From IMG/VR virus record IMGVR_UViG_3300046821_000134, positions 16,153 through 80,152 of that record: a DNA stretch of 64,000 bases; one strand, written 5' to 3'. The stretch comes from a virus. The translations under genes were made by a program, and so were the position numbers. Shown here piece by piece: positions 47,987 through 56,847 of this stretch. The notes beneath the pieces were generated by a model. It did no database searches and was not told the DNA's origin. It was given only the letters and a program-made list of their open reading frames with translations. Every line of letters starts with the position of its first letter. Position 1 is the stretch's first letter.

Positions 47987-48736
47987 ATGTCACGACATCC
48001 TGAAGACGAAGATATTGTTAAGCCTGTTCGTCGTAAGACTAGGGCTGTGAAGGAGGCTGTAACACAACAGCGAGGAAAGGGGCTGAACGAGTTTGTACTT
48101 ACAGGCTCTCAAAAGGAGCTTGTCAATAAGATCAATGGAAATGTTATCACATTCGTAGACTCCGAAGCAGGGACGGGGAAGAGTTCAGCAGTGCTGTACA
48201 GTTTCTGTAAGGAGTATTTGCTCGATAAACAAAAACAGATTGTTGTGATACGCACTCCAGTTGAAGCCGGCCCTGATAAAATAGGATTTCTTCCGAGCGA
48301 TCTTGCGTCAAAATGTGCACCACACTTCTCCAGCAGTAAGGCATTGCTTGAGCAATTCCTTGGTAAAGGGGTAGTAGAGACAGATATGGATCATCGCATA
48401 TTCTTCCGCGTTCCTAATTTCTGTCTTGGTGCAACGTATGATAATTCACTGATCCTAATTGATGAGGCACAACAGCTACAGCCAATCATCCTGAAACTGC
48501 TACTTGAACGCATTGGTTTGAATACAAAAGTGGTTGTTGCAGGCTGCTCGTCACAGTTATATATCAAGGATAAAGATCGTAACGCACTGGCGGACGCAAT
48601 CAAGCGATTCTTTGTAGAGGAAGACGGTGAAAAAATTCCTAAGTATAAAGATATGTCATTCCATGAGTTTGATCTTGAAGAATGTCACCGTGCAGACGTT
48701 GTAAAAGATGTCATCCGTGGATACAGGGGGGCTTGA
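47987..48736 (+). CDS. phoH: PhoH-like ATPase
   Basis: AGTGKS Walker A, IGFLP, GATYDN..ILIDEAQ, RIG...KVVV.G...Q. Confidence 0.92.
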   Translation: MSRHPEDEDIVKPVRRKTRAVKEAVTQQRGKGLNEFVLTGSQKELVNKINGNVITFVDSEAGTGKSSAVLYSFCKEYLLDKQKQIVVIRTPVEAGPDKIGFLPSDLASKCAPHFSSSKALLEQFLGKGVVETDMDHRIFFRVPNFCLGATYDNSLILIDEAQQLQPIILKLLLERIGLNTKVVVAGCSSQLYIKDKDRNALADAIKRFFVEEDGEKIPKYKDMSFHEFDLEECHRADVVKDVIRGYRGA

Positions 48737-48871
48737 TGGCTAGACAAACAAAAGAGATTTTCACTCTTGACGGAATAGAAGCTAGAGACCAAGCAATCCG
48801 TTTGCTAAATCAGCAAGGTGCTGGATATTCCGCTAACCACGGAAAAGATTAACAACAAGGAAAGGAAAAAC

Positions 48872-49636
48872 ATGCAACGTAAAAATAAAACAGTTATGTC
48901 AGACACAATGGGGTTTGTAGATTCAGAATTTCCTGTCGTGTGCACTTCAGTCCACTATAAGACCTACCGCCTGTTCCTTGACAATGCTATCGAGAGCCCT
49001 CAAGATTTTCGCTTCCATTTGCAAGCTCTCTACGAAGCAAGTGAAGATGATGAAGTGGTGATGCACTTAAGCTCCCCCGGAGGTTGTATTGATGGGATGC
49101 TTGCCCTCATCCACGCAATGCGCCAATGCCAAGCCCCTGTAGACATCATTGCAACAGGGACGATTGCCAGTGCAGCAGCGCTGATCCTGTGCAATGCCAA
49201 CTCCATGCCAAGCATCTCCCCGGGCAGCATGATATTGTTCCATACGGCCTCTGGAGGAAGCTACGGCCCGATGCAAGATATGCAGGAATACTTTGAGTTT
49301 GCTAATAAGCGTATGCGTGAAGTGCTTGAGTTGAATGCGATTGGTGTGCTATCCCCTGCAGAGATTGATGACATCATTCTCAACAAGAAGGAGTTGTTGC
49401 TGACAGCAGAGGAATTCGTAGAACGCTTTAATCGCAAAATGGAATACGCCAACCACACAGTGGAGCTGCTAGACTCCCTTGGTGTAGAATATGAAGCACG
49501 AACGCCTAAAGTGTATGTGGAAATGATGAAGCGTATGTTTGAGACGGAAGCCAAGAAAGACGAGGCTTCGCCTCCGGCAAAGAAACCGGCAAAGCGTGTA
49601 AGTAAGCCGCGTGTGAAGAAAGAAACTGAAGCATAA
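48872..49636 (+). CDS. ClpP-like serine protease
   Basis: SSPGG, IASAAA (Ser), ILFH (His); ATG after AAGGA (track start 48818). Confidence 0.85.
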   Translation: MQRKNKTVMSDTMGFVDSEFPVVCTSVHYKTYRLFLDNAIESPQDFRFHLQALYEASEDDEVVMHLSSPGGCIDGMLALIHAMRQCQAPVDIIATGTIASAAALILCNANSMPSISPGSMILFHTASGGSYGPMQDMQEYFEFANKRMREVLELNAIGVLSPAEIDDIILNKKELLLTAEEFVERFNRKMEYANHTVELLDSLGVEYEARTPKVYVEMMKRMFETEAKKDEASPPAKKPAKRVSKPRVKKETEA

Positions 49637-49638
49637 AG

Positions 49639-49668
49639 AAAAGCCCCTCCGTTAAGGAGGGGCTTTTT
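49639..49668. terminator. bidirectional terminator
   Basis: AAAAGCCCCTCC-GTTAA-GGAGGGGCTTTTT between convergent genes. Confidence 0.9.
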
Positions 49669-49692
49669 GTTTGGCCGTAATAGGGCGGAGTG

Positions 49693-50976
49693 TTACGTCA
49701 CTTTAATCATGTAATATGGCCGTCCAGCTTCAGAGATGTTTCTAACCGCGAAAGTATCAGGGGCGCTTGTGTTTCCTGTGAAGGTGTATACAGTTGTAGA
49801 GGTTGATCCGTTGTAGTAATATGCCAGCACCCTCACGTTTCCAGATTGATCTATGCCGATGTTGTAAGCTGTTGTTGCTGCTGTCGCAAGCAGCGGGGAG
49901 AAATTATATTCAATTATGAACGTATCAGCATCTGTGGATGTGATTAGAATGTTCTGGAATGTGAGATAGAATTTCCCACCAACTGTTGTACTGGAGGAAT
50001 AACTCAGGACACCTGCTAGCCCATACGCTATAGTTGTCCCTTGAGCTGGGAGCAACGTCTTTGCACAAGCAGGAACCACAATTTCTCTATAAGTGAAAGA
50101 GGAGCCATCTGTAGTTATTGCAAACTGGATGACTCCACCTCCAACAGTGGTATCAGCAGAGAGCACTTTACCAAATATGTATTTTCCTGCTACACAATCC
50201 AAGAATGAGTATCCCAGCAAGGCGGGATCAGTGTTTCCGAGAGCAGTCCAAACTCCGCCGACAGCCCCTCCAACTAAGGAGCTTTGCCCAAGGCGATACA
50301 TGCGGGTTCCATTGCCAAGTAACCAATTACTTCCGCTTCCTGCAAACCACGTAGGGCCATCTCCGGGACCGTTTGTACAGCCTGTAACATCGGCAGCTAC
50401 TGTACCATCGTATGTAGCAATTCTCCAAGTGGTGGAGGTTGCTGTGCTATAACCTATCTGATACCATTCAGAGGGGCTATACCCAGATGAATTGATGGAG
50501 GTGCTTCCGGGAACAGTGGGAGCGCTCCATGTAATTCCATTAGTAGTGTAACGAAGCAGGCTGCCGTTCGGAGCAGAGCTGTAAAGGCGTGTATTTCGCA
50601 GGACATGCTTACATGCACTCATTTGAGGGGTTGTACATAATTGCCAAGTAGTGCCGTTGGTTGAATATACAAATCCATCTGTCCAATTACTACCTATCTT
50701 TGTAAATAGTTTTGAGGCGGCTGCTTGCACATTTCCTGTTACGAAGTTGCCGTTTGGTGTGTTGGTAAACGCATCCTTGAATGGAACCAAGTCTGCGTTG
50801 GTGAATCCCGCAGCGGCTACATATTCAGGATAATCCGCAGTGGCATACGTACGCCCTGTGCATGGGAGGTAGGTGGCCCCATCTATTACTGTTGGACCAG
50901 TTATGTTGGTGGCTCTTGTTAGAAGAGTGCCAATGGGGTTTGGAGAAGCGCTAAGAAAAGTTGATGCATTACTCAT
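49693..50976 (-). CDS. putative fibre tip/adhesin (BNR-like beta-propeller repeats)
   Basis: YL.C.G..Y...DYP collar-like start; repeated S/T.NG..W and T.DG..F motifs. Confidence 0.65.
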   Translation of the reverse strand: MSNASTFLSASPNPIGTLLTRATNITGPTVIDGATYLPCTGRTYATADYPEYVAAAGFTNADLVPFKDAFTNTPNGNFVTGNVQAAASKLFTKIGSNWTDGFVYSTNGTTWQLCTTPQMSACKHVLRNTRLYSSAPNGSLLRYTTNGITWSAPTVPGSTSINSSGYSPSEWYQIGYSTATSTTWRIATYDGTVAADVTGCTNGPGDGPTWFAGSGSNWLLGNGTRMYRLGQSSLVGGAVGGVWTALGNTDPALLGYSFLDCVAGKYIFGKVLSADTTVGGGVIQFAITTDGSSFTYREIVVPACAKTLLPAQGTTIAYGLAGVLSYSSSTTVGGKFYLTFQNILITSTDADTFIIEYNFSPLLATAATTAYNIGIDQSGNVRVLAYYYNGSTSTTVYTFTGNTSAPDTFAVRNISEAGRPYYMIKVT

Positions 50977-50992
50977 GTTGTTTCCTTATATG

Positions 50993-52549
50993 TTAGCTGA
51001 GAGTCCAATCGCCCTCTGCGGAGCAATAGGTGAGTACGAAAGTTTTCTTAGGCATGTTGAGTGTTAAGTTTTCAGCCACCCCCATGATTGTCTCCCCGTT
51101 GCGATCTACAACAGAATTCACAGCTGCGCCTGCATTGATGATTACAATAACGTCTCCGTTTGCGGGAGCAGCGGGCAGCGTGAGTGTTAGGTTTGGAAGC
51201 GTGTATTTGTAAATTGCATTTGATGTGAGCGTTGTATTAACTGCAATGGTGACAGGGGCAGCTAATCCTCCCCCACCGCCTGTAACATTCACTGTCAATG
51301 TATTTCCAACAAGAGAGGTGTTTACAGCCCCTGTGAAATTCACTGTTGTGGCTGTTCCTGCTGAAGCTACGAGGCTCCCCTCTTCATTGTATTGCACAGG
51401 AGCTTGTATAGACGGGAAAGTTACCCATGTCTTGTCACCTCTCCAATACTGAGACGTAGTGCCTGCAGAGATTGTTGCCTCTTTCCCGCTTAGGGCTGTA
51501 CTTGCAGCTGTGCTGACAGGCTTATCTGCATCAGATGTGTTGTCTACGTTACTAAGCCCCACGGAAGATTTATTCAGCACCTTCCAAGAGGCTGTAGAAG
51601 CACTGTCCCCTGTAATGGCATACTCACTTGCACATGTTCCGCTAATGGCAATGCCATTGATTTTAGCTACAACAGGGAGATCGGCTGTTCCACCAAAATC
51701 ATTGGTAAGCTTCAGGATGCCCTTTACGGTGCTTGAAGCATCTACGGCAGTCCAACCACTTCCTCCAGAGTTAGGGACATCCACTGTCACTGTGTTGCCA
51801 GCAAAGGAAGCTGTAACACCGGCTCCGGTGAAATTGAGGATTGTAGCAGCCCCTGCAGCAGCCACTTGAGTTCCCTCTTCATTCACTTGTATAGGGGCTT
51901 GAATACTTGGTAAGGATACCCAAGTTTTGTCTCCCCGCCAGTATTGCGCTGTAGTGCCAGCTGTTATGGAGGCTTCCTTGCCATTCAAGGCAGTTTGTGT
52001 GGCAGATGAGACAGGTTTGTCTGCGTCTGAGGTGTTATCAACATTGTTAAGCCCTACAGCAGCTTTATCCAGTGTTGTCCACACCTTATCCCCTCTCCAG
52101 TACTGAGCAGAGGTGCCTGAGGCTACGGTAGCCTCTTTCCCGTTGAGAGCTGTTTGTGTAGCAGAGCTAATTGGCTTATTGGAATCAGAGGTGTTGTCCA
52201 CGTTACCAAGCCCAACAGAGGCTTTATCGAGCGTAGTCCACGTCTTGTCTCCACGCCAATACTGCGCTGTCGTTCCTGCAGTGATGGAAGGCTCTGCCCC
52301 AAGGCTCCCTGCTGTGTGTGTATGATCTCCTGCTGCAACAGTGCCCGTAGTTGTGCCTACACCAAGGTAGGCTGCACCACCAAGGCCAAGAGCTGTACGT
52401 AGCTGTGCTTGTGTGATAACTTCTGTAAGCCCTACAACACTGATAACAGGGACGGCCCTACAAGCCCTTCCAACAGCGTTAATCCCCCACAAGTATGTAG
52501 GGGTTTCCACCGCTTGTACATTAATGTCTTTCACTGTAACATCTGCCAT
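50993..52549 (-). CDS. repeat-containing fibre protein
   Basis: four AGT/SGT..QYWRGDK.W and three VGL.NVDNTSD..KP.S.A..TAL repeats; C-terminal LTLPAAP..GD domain. Confidence 0.8.
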   Translation of the reverse strand: MADVTVKDINVQAVETPTYLWGINAVGRACRAVPVISVVGLTEVITQAQLRTALGLGGAAYLGVGTTTGTVAAGDHTHTAGSLGAEPSITAGTTAQYWRGDKTWTTLDKASVGLGNVDNTSDSNKPISSATQTALNGKEATVASGTSAQYWRGDKVWTTLDKAAVGLNNVDNTSDADKPVSSATQTALNGKEASITAGTTAQYWRGDKTWVSLPSIQAPIQVNEEGTQVAAAGAATILNFTGAGVTASFAGNTVTVDVPNSGGSGWTAVDASSTVKGILKLTNDFGGTADLPVVAKINGIAISGTCASEYAITGDSASTASWKVLNKSSVGLSNVDNTSDADKPVSTAASTALSGKEATISAGTTSQYWRGDKTWVTFPSIQAPVQYNEEGSLVASAGTATTVNFTGAVNTSLVGNTLTVNVTGGGGGLAAPVTIAVNTTLTSNAIYKYTLPNLTLTLPAAPANGDVIVIINAGAAVNSVVDRNGETIMGVAENLTLNMPKKTFVLTYCSAEGDWTLS

Positions 52550-52583
52550 TATCTCATCCTCTGTGTTGCTCCTATATACATCT

Positions 52584-52612
52584 ATTATACCATGCGTTTA
52601 GAAGATTGTCAA
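52584..52612 (-). promoter_or_regulatory. consensus sigma70 promoter for the fibre cassette
   Basis: TTGACA-N17-TATAAT on the minus strand. Confidence 0.85.
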
Positions 52613-52627
52613 TACGTGTTTCTTCTA

Positions 52628-52655
52628 TTGCATTCTTCTTTCTTTGTGCTACATT
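52628..52655 (+). promoter_or_regulatory. possible divergent promoter
   Basis: TTGCAT-N16-TACATT with extended TG. Confidence 0.45.
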
Positions 52656-52707
52656 AGAGACATGTTCTCACTGTTTATATCAATATTTCTTCATAGGAGG
52701 CTAAATC

Positions 52708-52905
52708 ATGTCTGTTACAGAACGTAAATATCTAGCTATAGCAATCATGTTCTCTTTGTGTGCTGTGTTTGCAGGGCTATTGGCAGGGCTGGATGTGGCT
52801 AAATATGTGATGACAGCTTTTATGATTATTTCAACAGGGGCTTGTGGGTGGTACGTGTTCGGATGGGCTTTTGATGAGCTGTTTGGGGAGGAGGAAGAAG
52901 AATGA
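52708..52905 (+). CDS. small membrane protein
   Basis: two TM segments, AGGAGG RBS. Confidence 0.75.
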   Translation: MSVTERKYLAIAIMFSLCAVFAGLLAGLDVAKYVMTAFMIISTGACGWYVFGWAFDELFGEEEEE

Positions 52906-53231
52906 CACAGAAACACAAACACGCAGAATACATCGTTGCTTTCGCTAACGGGGAAGCTGTGCAATACATAAAGCTAGGGCTTAAGGCCCCTTTTGACCAG
53001 TGGGACGATGTGATGTCTGTTTGTATATTCGAGTACGACGACATGGTGTTCCGCATGAAGCCGAAGACAATCACTACGAAGGGGTATAAGAGGTTTGCCT
53101 TTCAGGACCCTACTTCTGGAGAGTGGTTTGTTGATACATACACCGAGGGTTGTACGTACAGCTTGGATGATGGTGAGGTGTGGATTGACAAGGAATGGCA
53201 GTATGCTGTGATTGAGGGGAAGGGGCGATGA
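52902..53231 (+). CDS. hypothetical phage protein
   Basis: HKHAE.I.A.A.G..VQ...W...F.....FR.KP pattern. Confidence 0.8.
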   Translation: MTQKHKHAEYIVAFANGEAVQYIKLGLKAPFDQWDDVMSVCIFEYDDMVFRMKPKTITTKGYKRFAFQDPTSGEWFVDTYTEGCTYSLDDGEVWIDKEWQYAVIEGKGR

Positions 53232-53335
53232 CATTTTTTACTACTATAGGTGGTAGTAAATTACTCCAAACAGACCCCACTAATAGTAGCCTCTGCTCGT
53301 CAGCTACCCCGCTCTTCGCGTAGACCGTTACTGCG

Positions 53336-53350
53336 CAAGGCTTACAGAGG
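53336..53350 (-). repeat. 15-bp box, copy 2 (inverted)
   Basis: CAAGGCTTACAGAGG is the reverse complement of 45000-45014. Confidence 0.8.
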
Positions 53351-53444
53351 GGCAGCCTTATTCAATCCTCTCTATCCCTTCCTTCAGGGGCTTTAAGGAT
53401 TATTATTAGGGTTATTAGTATACATATATTATAAAGGAAGAAGA

Positions 53445-54671
53445 ATGATTGAACTAAACAAAGAAACAAATACACTCCTTACATCAATCAGGGGATGTCA
53501 AGTGTTGACGTATTCAGACGATGTGCTAAAGCAACAAGTGATACGTTATAGAAAGAACCAGAGGTGGAGTTGGGTGGATGATGTGCTCATCTCTAAGTAT
53601 GGGGCTAAATATTATAAAGAGATTGGCATGATTAACACACTCGTCGCTACAGCAAAGAGACATGGGCTGAAAGGAAGTGTAATCTCCTTAAATCAAAACA
53701 ACTACACTTCAGCCAACAAGCTAACAAAACAAGGAATCTCTTTCTCTCGTACACACTCTCTCATTCACAAGATGGATGAGGATGGGCTAATCACCCTGTT
53801 CCTTGGTTATCGTGATGCACACACAGGGGAAGGACAATCTTCTTTCTTCATCACAATGCCAGAATACGATGAGCTATGGGAGGGGGTGGACACATCTTCT
53901 GCTATGGCAAGGCAAGAAGAGGACATCGTCATTAGAGACAGCAAGACAAAAGAGTCTCTGTCTACACGTCCATTTCAAGGCATTACGTTGCTAAGGCAAG
54001 ATTTGAATGCCTACAATAAGATGTTAGCACAACACAAGCTGACAATCAATGGAGAGCCATTAGATGTTTCCTATAAGCGCGTATTCCACGATAGCTTGAA
54101 AGGAAGTGGAAGATATTATAGCAACAATAGCTTCCAGACAATCAGGAAAGAACATCGAGACGATATACGGATAGATGGACTACAGACAGCAGAGCTTGAT
54201 TATTCAGCCATTCATCCTCGCATTCTTTACACATTAGATGGACATATCCTTAGCAAAGGATGGAGCCCGTATGATCCAGAAGATTGCACCCTCCCAAGAG
54301 AGATACGAAAGCTAGCCCTTATCATTATGCTTTATGCGAGAGACAAGCATTCAGCAACATTCGAGTTGTCACGACAAGCGGAGATGCTCTATGAAGAAGC
54401 CAAGGAGCTTATAGGAGAACTTGAAGAACACAATGAACGTATAAAGCAACATTTCTACAAGAAAGATTTATGGAAAGCATTGCAGCATTACGACAGCAGG
54501 ATTGCCAGCGATGTATTGGCTACGTGTATGGAGAGAAACATCTGTGTGCTCCCCTACCACGATAGCTTCAGAGTGGAAGAAGGGAGTGCTGAGATATTGT
54601 ATGGGGTGCTGTATGAGAGCTGGAAGAGAGTGTTAGGGAATACGAATAACTGTGTTGTTGAAAGAAAATAA
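53445..54671 (+). CDS. minimal PolA/T7-RNAP superfamily polymerase-like protein, paralogue 2
   Basis: SGRYY..Q, motif A AELDYSAIHP, motif B REIRK......LY, LQHYDS, motif C YHDSF. Confidence 0.78.
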   Translation: MIELNKETNTLLTSIRGCQVLTYSDDVLKQQVIRYRKNQRWSWVDDVLISKYGAKYYKEIGMINTLVATAKRHGLKGSVISLNQNNYTSANKLTKQGISFSRTHSLIHKMDEDGLITLFLGYRDAHTGEGQSSFFITMPEYDELWEGVDTSSAMARQEEDIVIRDSKTKESLSTRPFQGITLLRQDLNAYNKMLAQHKLTINGEPLDVSYKRVFHDSLKGSGRYYSNNSFQTIRKEHRDDIRIDGLQTAELDYSAIHPRILYTLDGHILSKGWSPYDPEDCTLPREIRKLALIIMLYARDKHSATFELSRQAEMLYEEAKELIGELEEHNERIKQHFYKKDLWKALQHYDSRIASDVLATCMERNICVLPYHDSFRVEEGSAEILYGVLYESWKRVLGNTNNCVVERK

Positions 54672-54710
54672 CACAGGCCATAAGGCATTGCGTAGTCGAA
54701 AGAAAATAGC

Positions 54711-54739
54711 TTGACATCCAACAACACAACGTGTAGAAT
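54711..54739 (+). promoter_or_regulatory. sigma70-type promoter
   Basis: TTGACA-N17-TAGAAT. Confidence 0.8.
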
Positions 54740-54771
54740 GGCTGTATGGATTAACACAAAAGGAGAACACA

Positions 54772-55248
54772 ATGAACAAGATTGAACAGATGGAAGCACA
54801 ATTGGAACAATTGAAGAGGGAGCTTGAAGAATATAAGAAGGGGGCTCAAGAGGTTTGTGTTAGGCCACAAATCTCTGTTCCTCCGGCGTTGCTTCCGGTT
54901 GAAGGGAAATACTATATCAGTGAAGTTTTCAGCAGTGAGCCTATCGGTTGCACTACCAAAGCCTCAAAGGAAGATCAAAACGTATTCCCTGACGAAGAAA
55001 CAGCAGATGCTTACGGAGAAGCCTTCAGTGTAATGCTTGAGCTGCGTAGACAGCCGGGGAGCTGTGCTTTTGATGGCGGCGAGACTATGTATGCGATTGA
55101 TGCAGACGGGGACGCCTCCGCGAGAGAGTGGCGAGGTAGCTACACAGTGTCCCCTCCATTCTCATCTGAGGAGTGGGCTGAAAAGGCAATAGATGCTGTG
55201 GGGAAAGAACGCATTGTTCAGGCTTATAAGACGTTGAGGGGGAATTGA
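54772..55248 (+). CDS. hypothetical protein
   Basis: 158 aa; N-terminal coiled coil; F.SEE.A.KAI..VG C-terminus; strong RBS. Confidence 0.8.
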   Translation: MNKIEQMEAQLEQLKRELEEYKKGAQEVCVRPQISVPPALLPVEGKYYISEVFSSEPIGCTTKASKEDQNVFPDEETADAYGEAFSVMLELRRQPGSCAFDGGETMYAIDADGDASAREWRGSYTVSPPFSSEEWAEKAIDAVGKERIVQAYKTLRGN

Positions 55249-55252
55249 AAGA

Positions 55253-55438
55253 ATGAACACAGAAAAGCAAACACTAGGTGACATGATGTTTTCTTTGTTA
55301 GGGAAGCATCCCGAATCAAGGGATGACCTAACATTTGTGTTCTACCTGCTGGCAGACTGCAGAGAACGTATTGCGGAGCTTGAGAAAGAGCTGCAGGAAA
55401 TGGAGCTTGATAGGGATTGCTGGAAGGAGAGGTATTGA
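55253..55438 (+). CDS. hypothetical protein
   Basis: 61 aa, coupled to the MTase gene. Confidence 0.65.
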   Translation: MNTEKQTLGDMMFSLLGKHPESRDDLTFVFYLLADCRERIAELEKELQEMELDRDCWKERY

Positions 55439-56214
55439 TGGCATCAACAGATATTGATGTGGGGTTGTATCAAGGGGATTGTCTAAAGCTAATGCCAGAG
55501 CATGTTGAAGATAAATCTGTCGATTTGATCTTGGCAGATTTGCCTTATTGCACCACTTTAAATACGTGGGACAATCTAATCCCTATGGACTCTCTTTGGG
55601 AACAATACAAGCGTGTTCTCAAGAACACAGGGACAGTGCTACTGTTTGGTAATCAACCATTCACAAGTATGCTTGTATTGAGCAACCCTGCTTGGTACAA
55701 GCAATGTCTTGTGTGGGCAAAGGGCAAATGTGGCTCTCCGGGATTAGCTAAGGTAAGGCCAATGCAAGTGACAGAAGACATCGTTGTGTTTGCCCCTAAG
55801 CGGACAGTGTATAATCCAATCATGACTGAAGGCACCCCTTACTCAAGAAAGAGCAAGGATGAAGAAGGATATGTTGGACGATGTAACAATCACAAATACG
55901 GATTGAAGCCAAGGAAGGAATTCCATAACGAAGGCACACGCTATCCAACAAACATTCTACGCTTCTCTCGTGAGTGGAGCGCTCAACAGCAAGTGCACCC
56001 AACACAGAAGCCTGTAGCCCTGATGGAATGGCTAATCAAGACATACAGCAATGAAGGGGATGTTGTGCTGGATAATGTTATGGGCAGCGGGCCTGTTGGT
56101 GTAGCTGCCGTACGTACAGGGAGAAGCTACATAGGGATGGAGATGGACGAGACATATTTCAACATTGCTAAGGGGAGGGTAGAGAATGAACACAAAGCCA
56201 TCAAGACCCTTTAA
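55438..56214 (+). CDS. N6-adenine/N4-cytosine DNA methyltransferase (beta class), orphan
   Basis: motif IV DLPY, HPTQKP, motif I LDNVMGSG in beta order. Confidence 0.92.
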   Translation: MASTDIDVGLYQGDCLKLMPEHVEDKSVDLILADLPYCTTLNTWDNLIPMDSLWEQYKRVLKNTGTVLLFGNQPFTSMLVLSNPAWYKQCLVWAKGKCGSPGLAKVRPMQVTEDIVVFAPKRTVYNPIMTEGTPYSRKSKDEEGYVGRCNNHKYGLKPRKEFHNEGTRYPTNILRFSREWSAQQQVHPTQKPVALMEWLIKTYSNEGDVVLDNVMGSGPVGVAAVRTGRSYIGMEMDETYFNIAKGRVENEHKAIKTL

Positions 56215-56276
56215 GCACCTTCCTCCTAACAAGAGGCACAAGGATAAGAAGAAGGAAGATAAAGGAGAGCACAAGG

Positions 56277-56450
56277 ATGAATAGACGAATACAAATAAAA
56301 CAGAAGCGTAGCTCCTATGCTTGGAACTACATGGAAGCCTCTAAGCTATGGAAGGGAAAACTCCTGACAGCGAAGGGGCTACAGAGGATAGCTAAAGTGT
56401 TACGTGCAAGCAGGATATCATCACAGATGCAGGCATTGTCGCTGTTGTAA
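56277..56450 (+). CDS. small basic hypothetical protein (57 aa, not in ORF track)
   Basis: AAGGAG RBS; followed by a hairpin and T-tract. Confidence 0.5.
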   Translation: MNRRIQIKQKRSSYAWNYMEASKLWKGKLLTAKGLQRIAKVLRASRISSQMQALSLL

Positions 56451-56451
56451 T

Positions 56452-56484
56452 GGGCTATATGGGGCAATAGCCCCTTTTATTTTG
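56452..56484 (+). terminator. terminator-like hairpin
   Basis: GGGCTAT...ATAGCCC followed by CTTTTATTTT. Confidence 0.6.
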
Positions 56485-56571
56485 TGCTATAAAATTTAAT
56501 GTTTATGGAATCCTCAGAAAAGAGCCATACATTCTTGGGACAGAAACATATGATAAAACAAGGAGAAATGA

Positions 56572-56847
56572 ATGACAACACTGCAGAAACAAATGGATAA
56601 GTTGCGACAGAAGATTAGTAAGTTGTGTATAGCGCTGGAAGACTTGAAAAAGCAGTGCACACACCCTGATCTTAAGGGTGAGTATGGTGCAAATACGGGA
56701 AACTATGATCCATCGTGTGATAAGTATTGGGTACAGTTTTCTTGTCCGTGTTGTGGAGAACATTGGAGAGAGGATCAAGATGATCAGAAATACTGTTGTG
56801 GAAATAAAACCAGCAAGAGAGGGTTTATTTGGAGGGAGAAGCAATGA
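56572..56847 (+). CDS. hypothetical Cys-rich protein
   Basis: C.H...NTGNYDP..D.YW....CP.CG..W. Confidence 0.75.
   Translation: MTTLQKQMDKLRQKISKLCIALEDLKKQCTHPDLKGEYGANTGNYDPSCDKYWVQFSCPCCGEHWREDQDDQKYCCGNKTSKRGFIWREKQ

Noticed and set aside
50993-52549. Possible CRISPR array or DGR template/variable repeats
   Set aside because: The repeats are in-frame protein repeats with synonymous divergence. No constant repeat-spacer pattern, adenine-specific variation or reverse transcriptase is seen.
55438-56214. Restriction-modification system
   Set aside because: No adjacent restriction endonuclease. An ordinary orphan phage methyltransferase.
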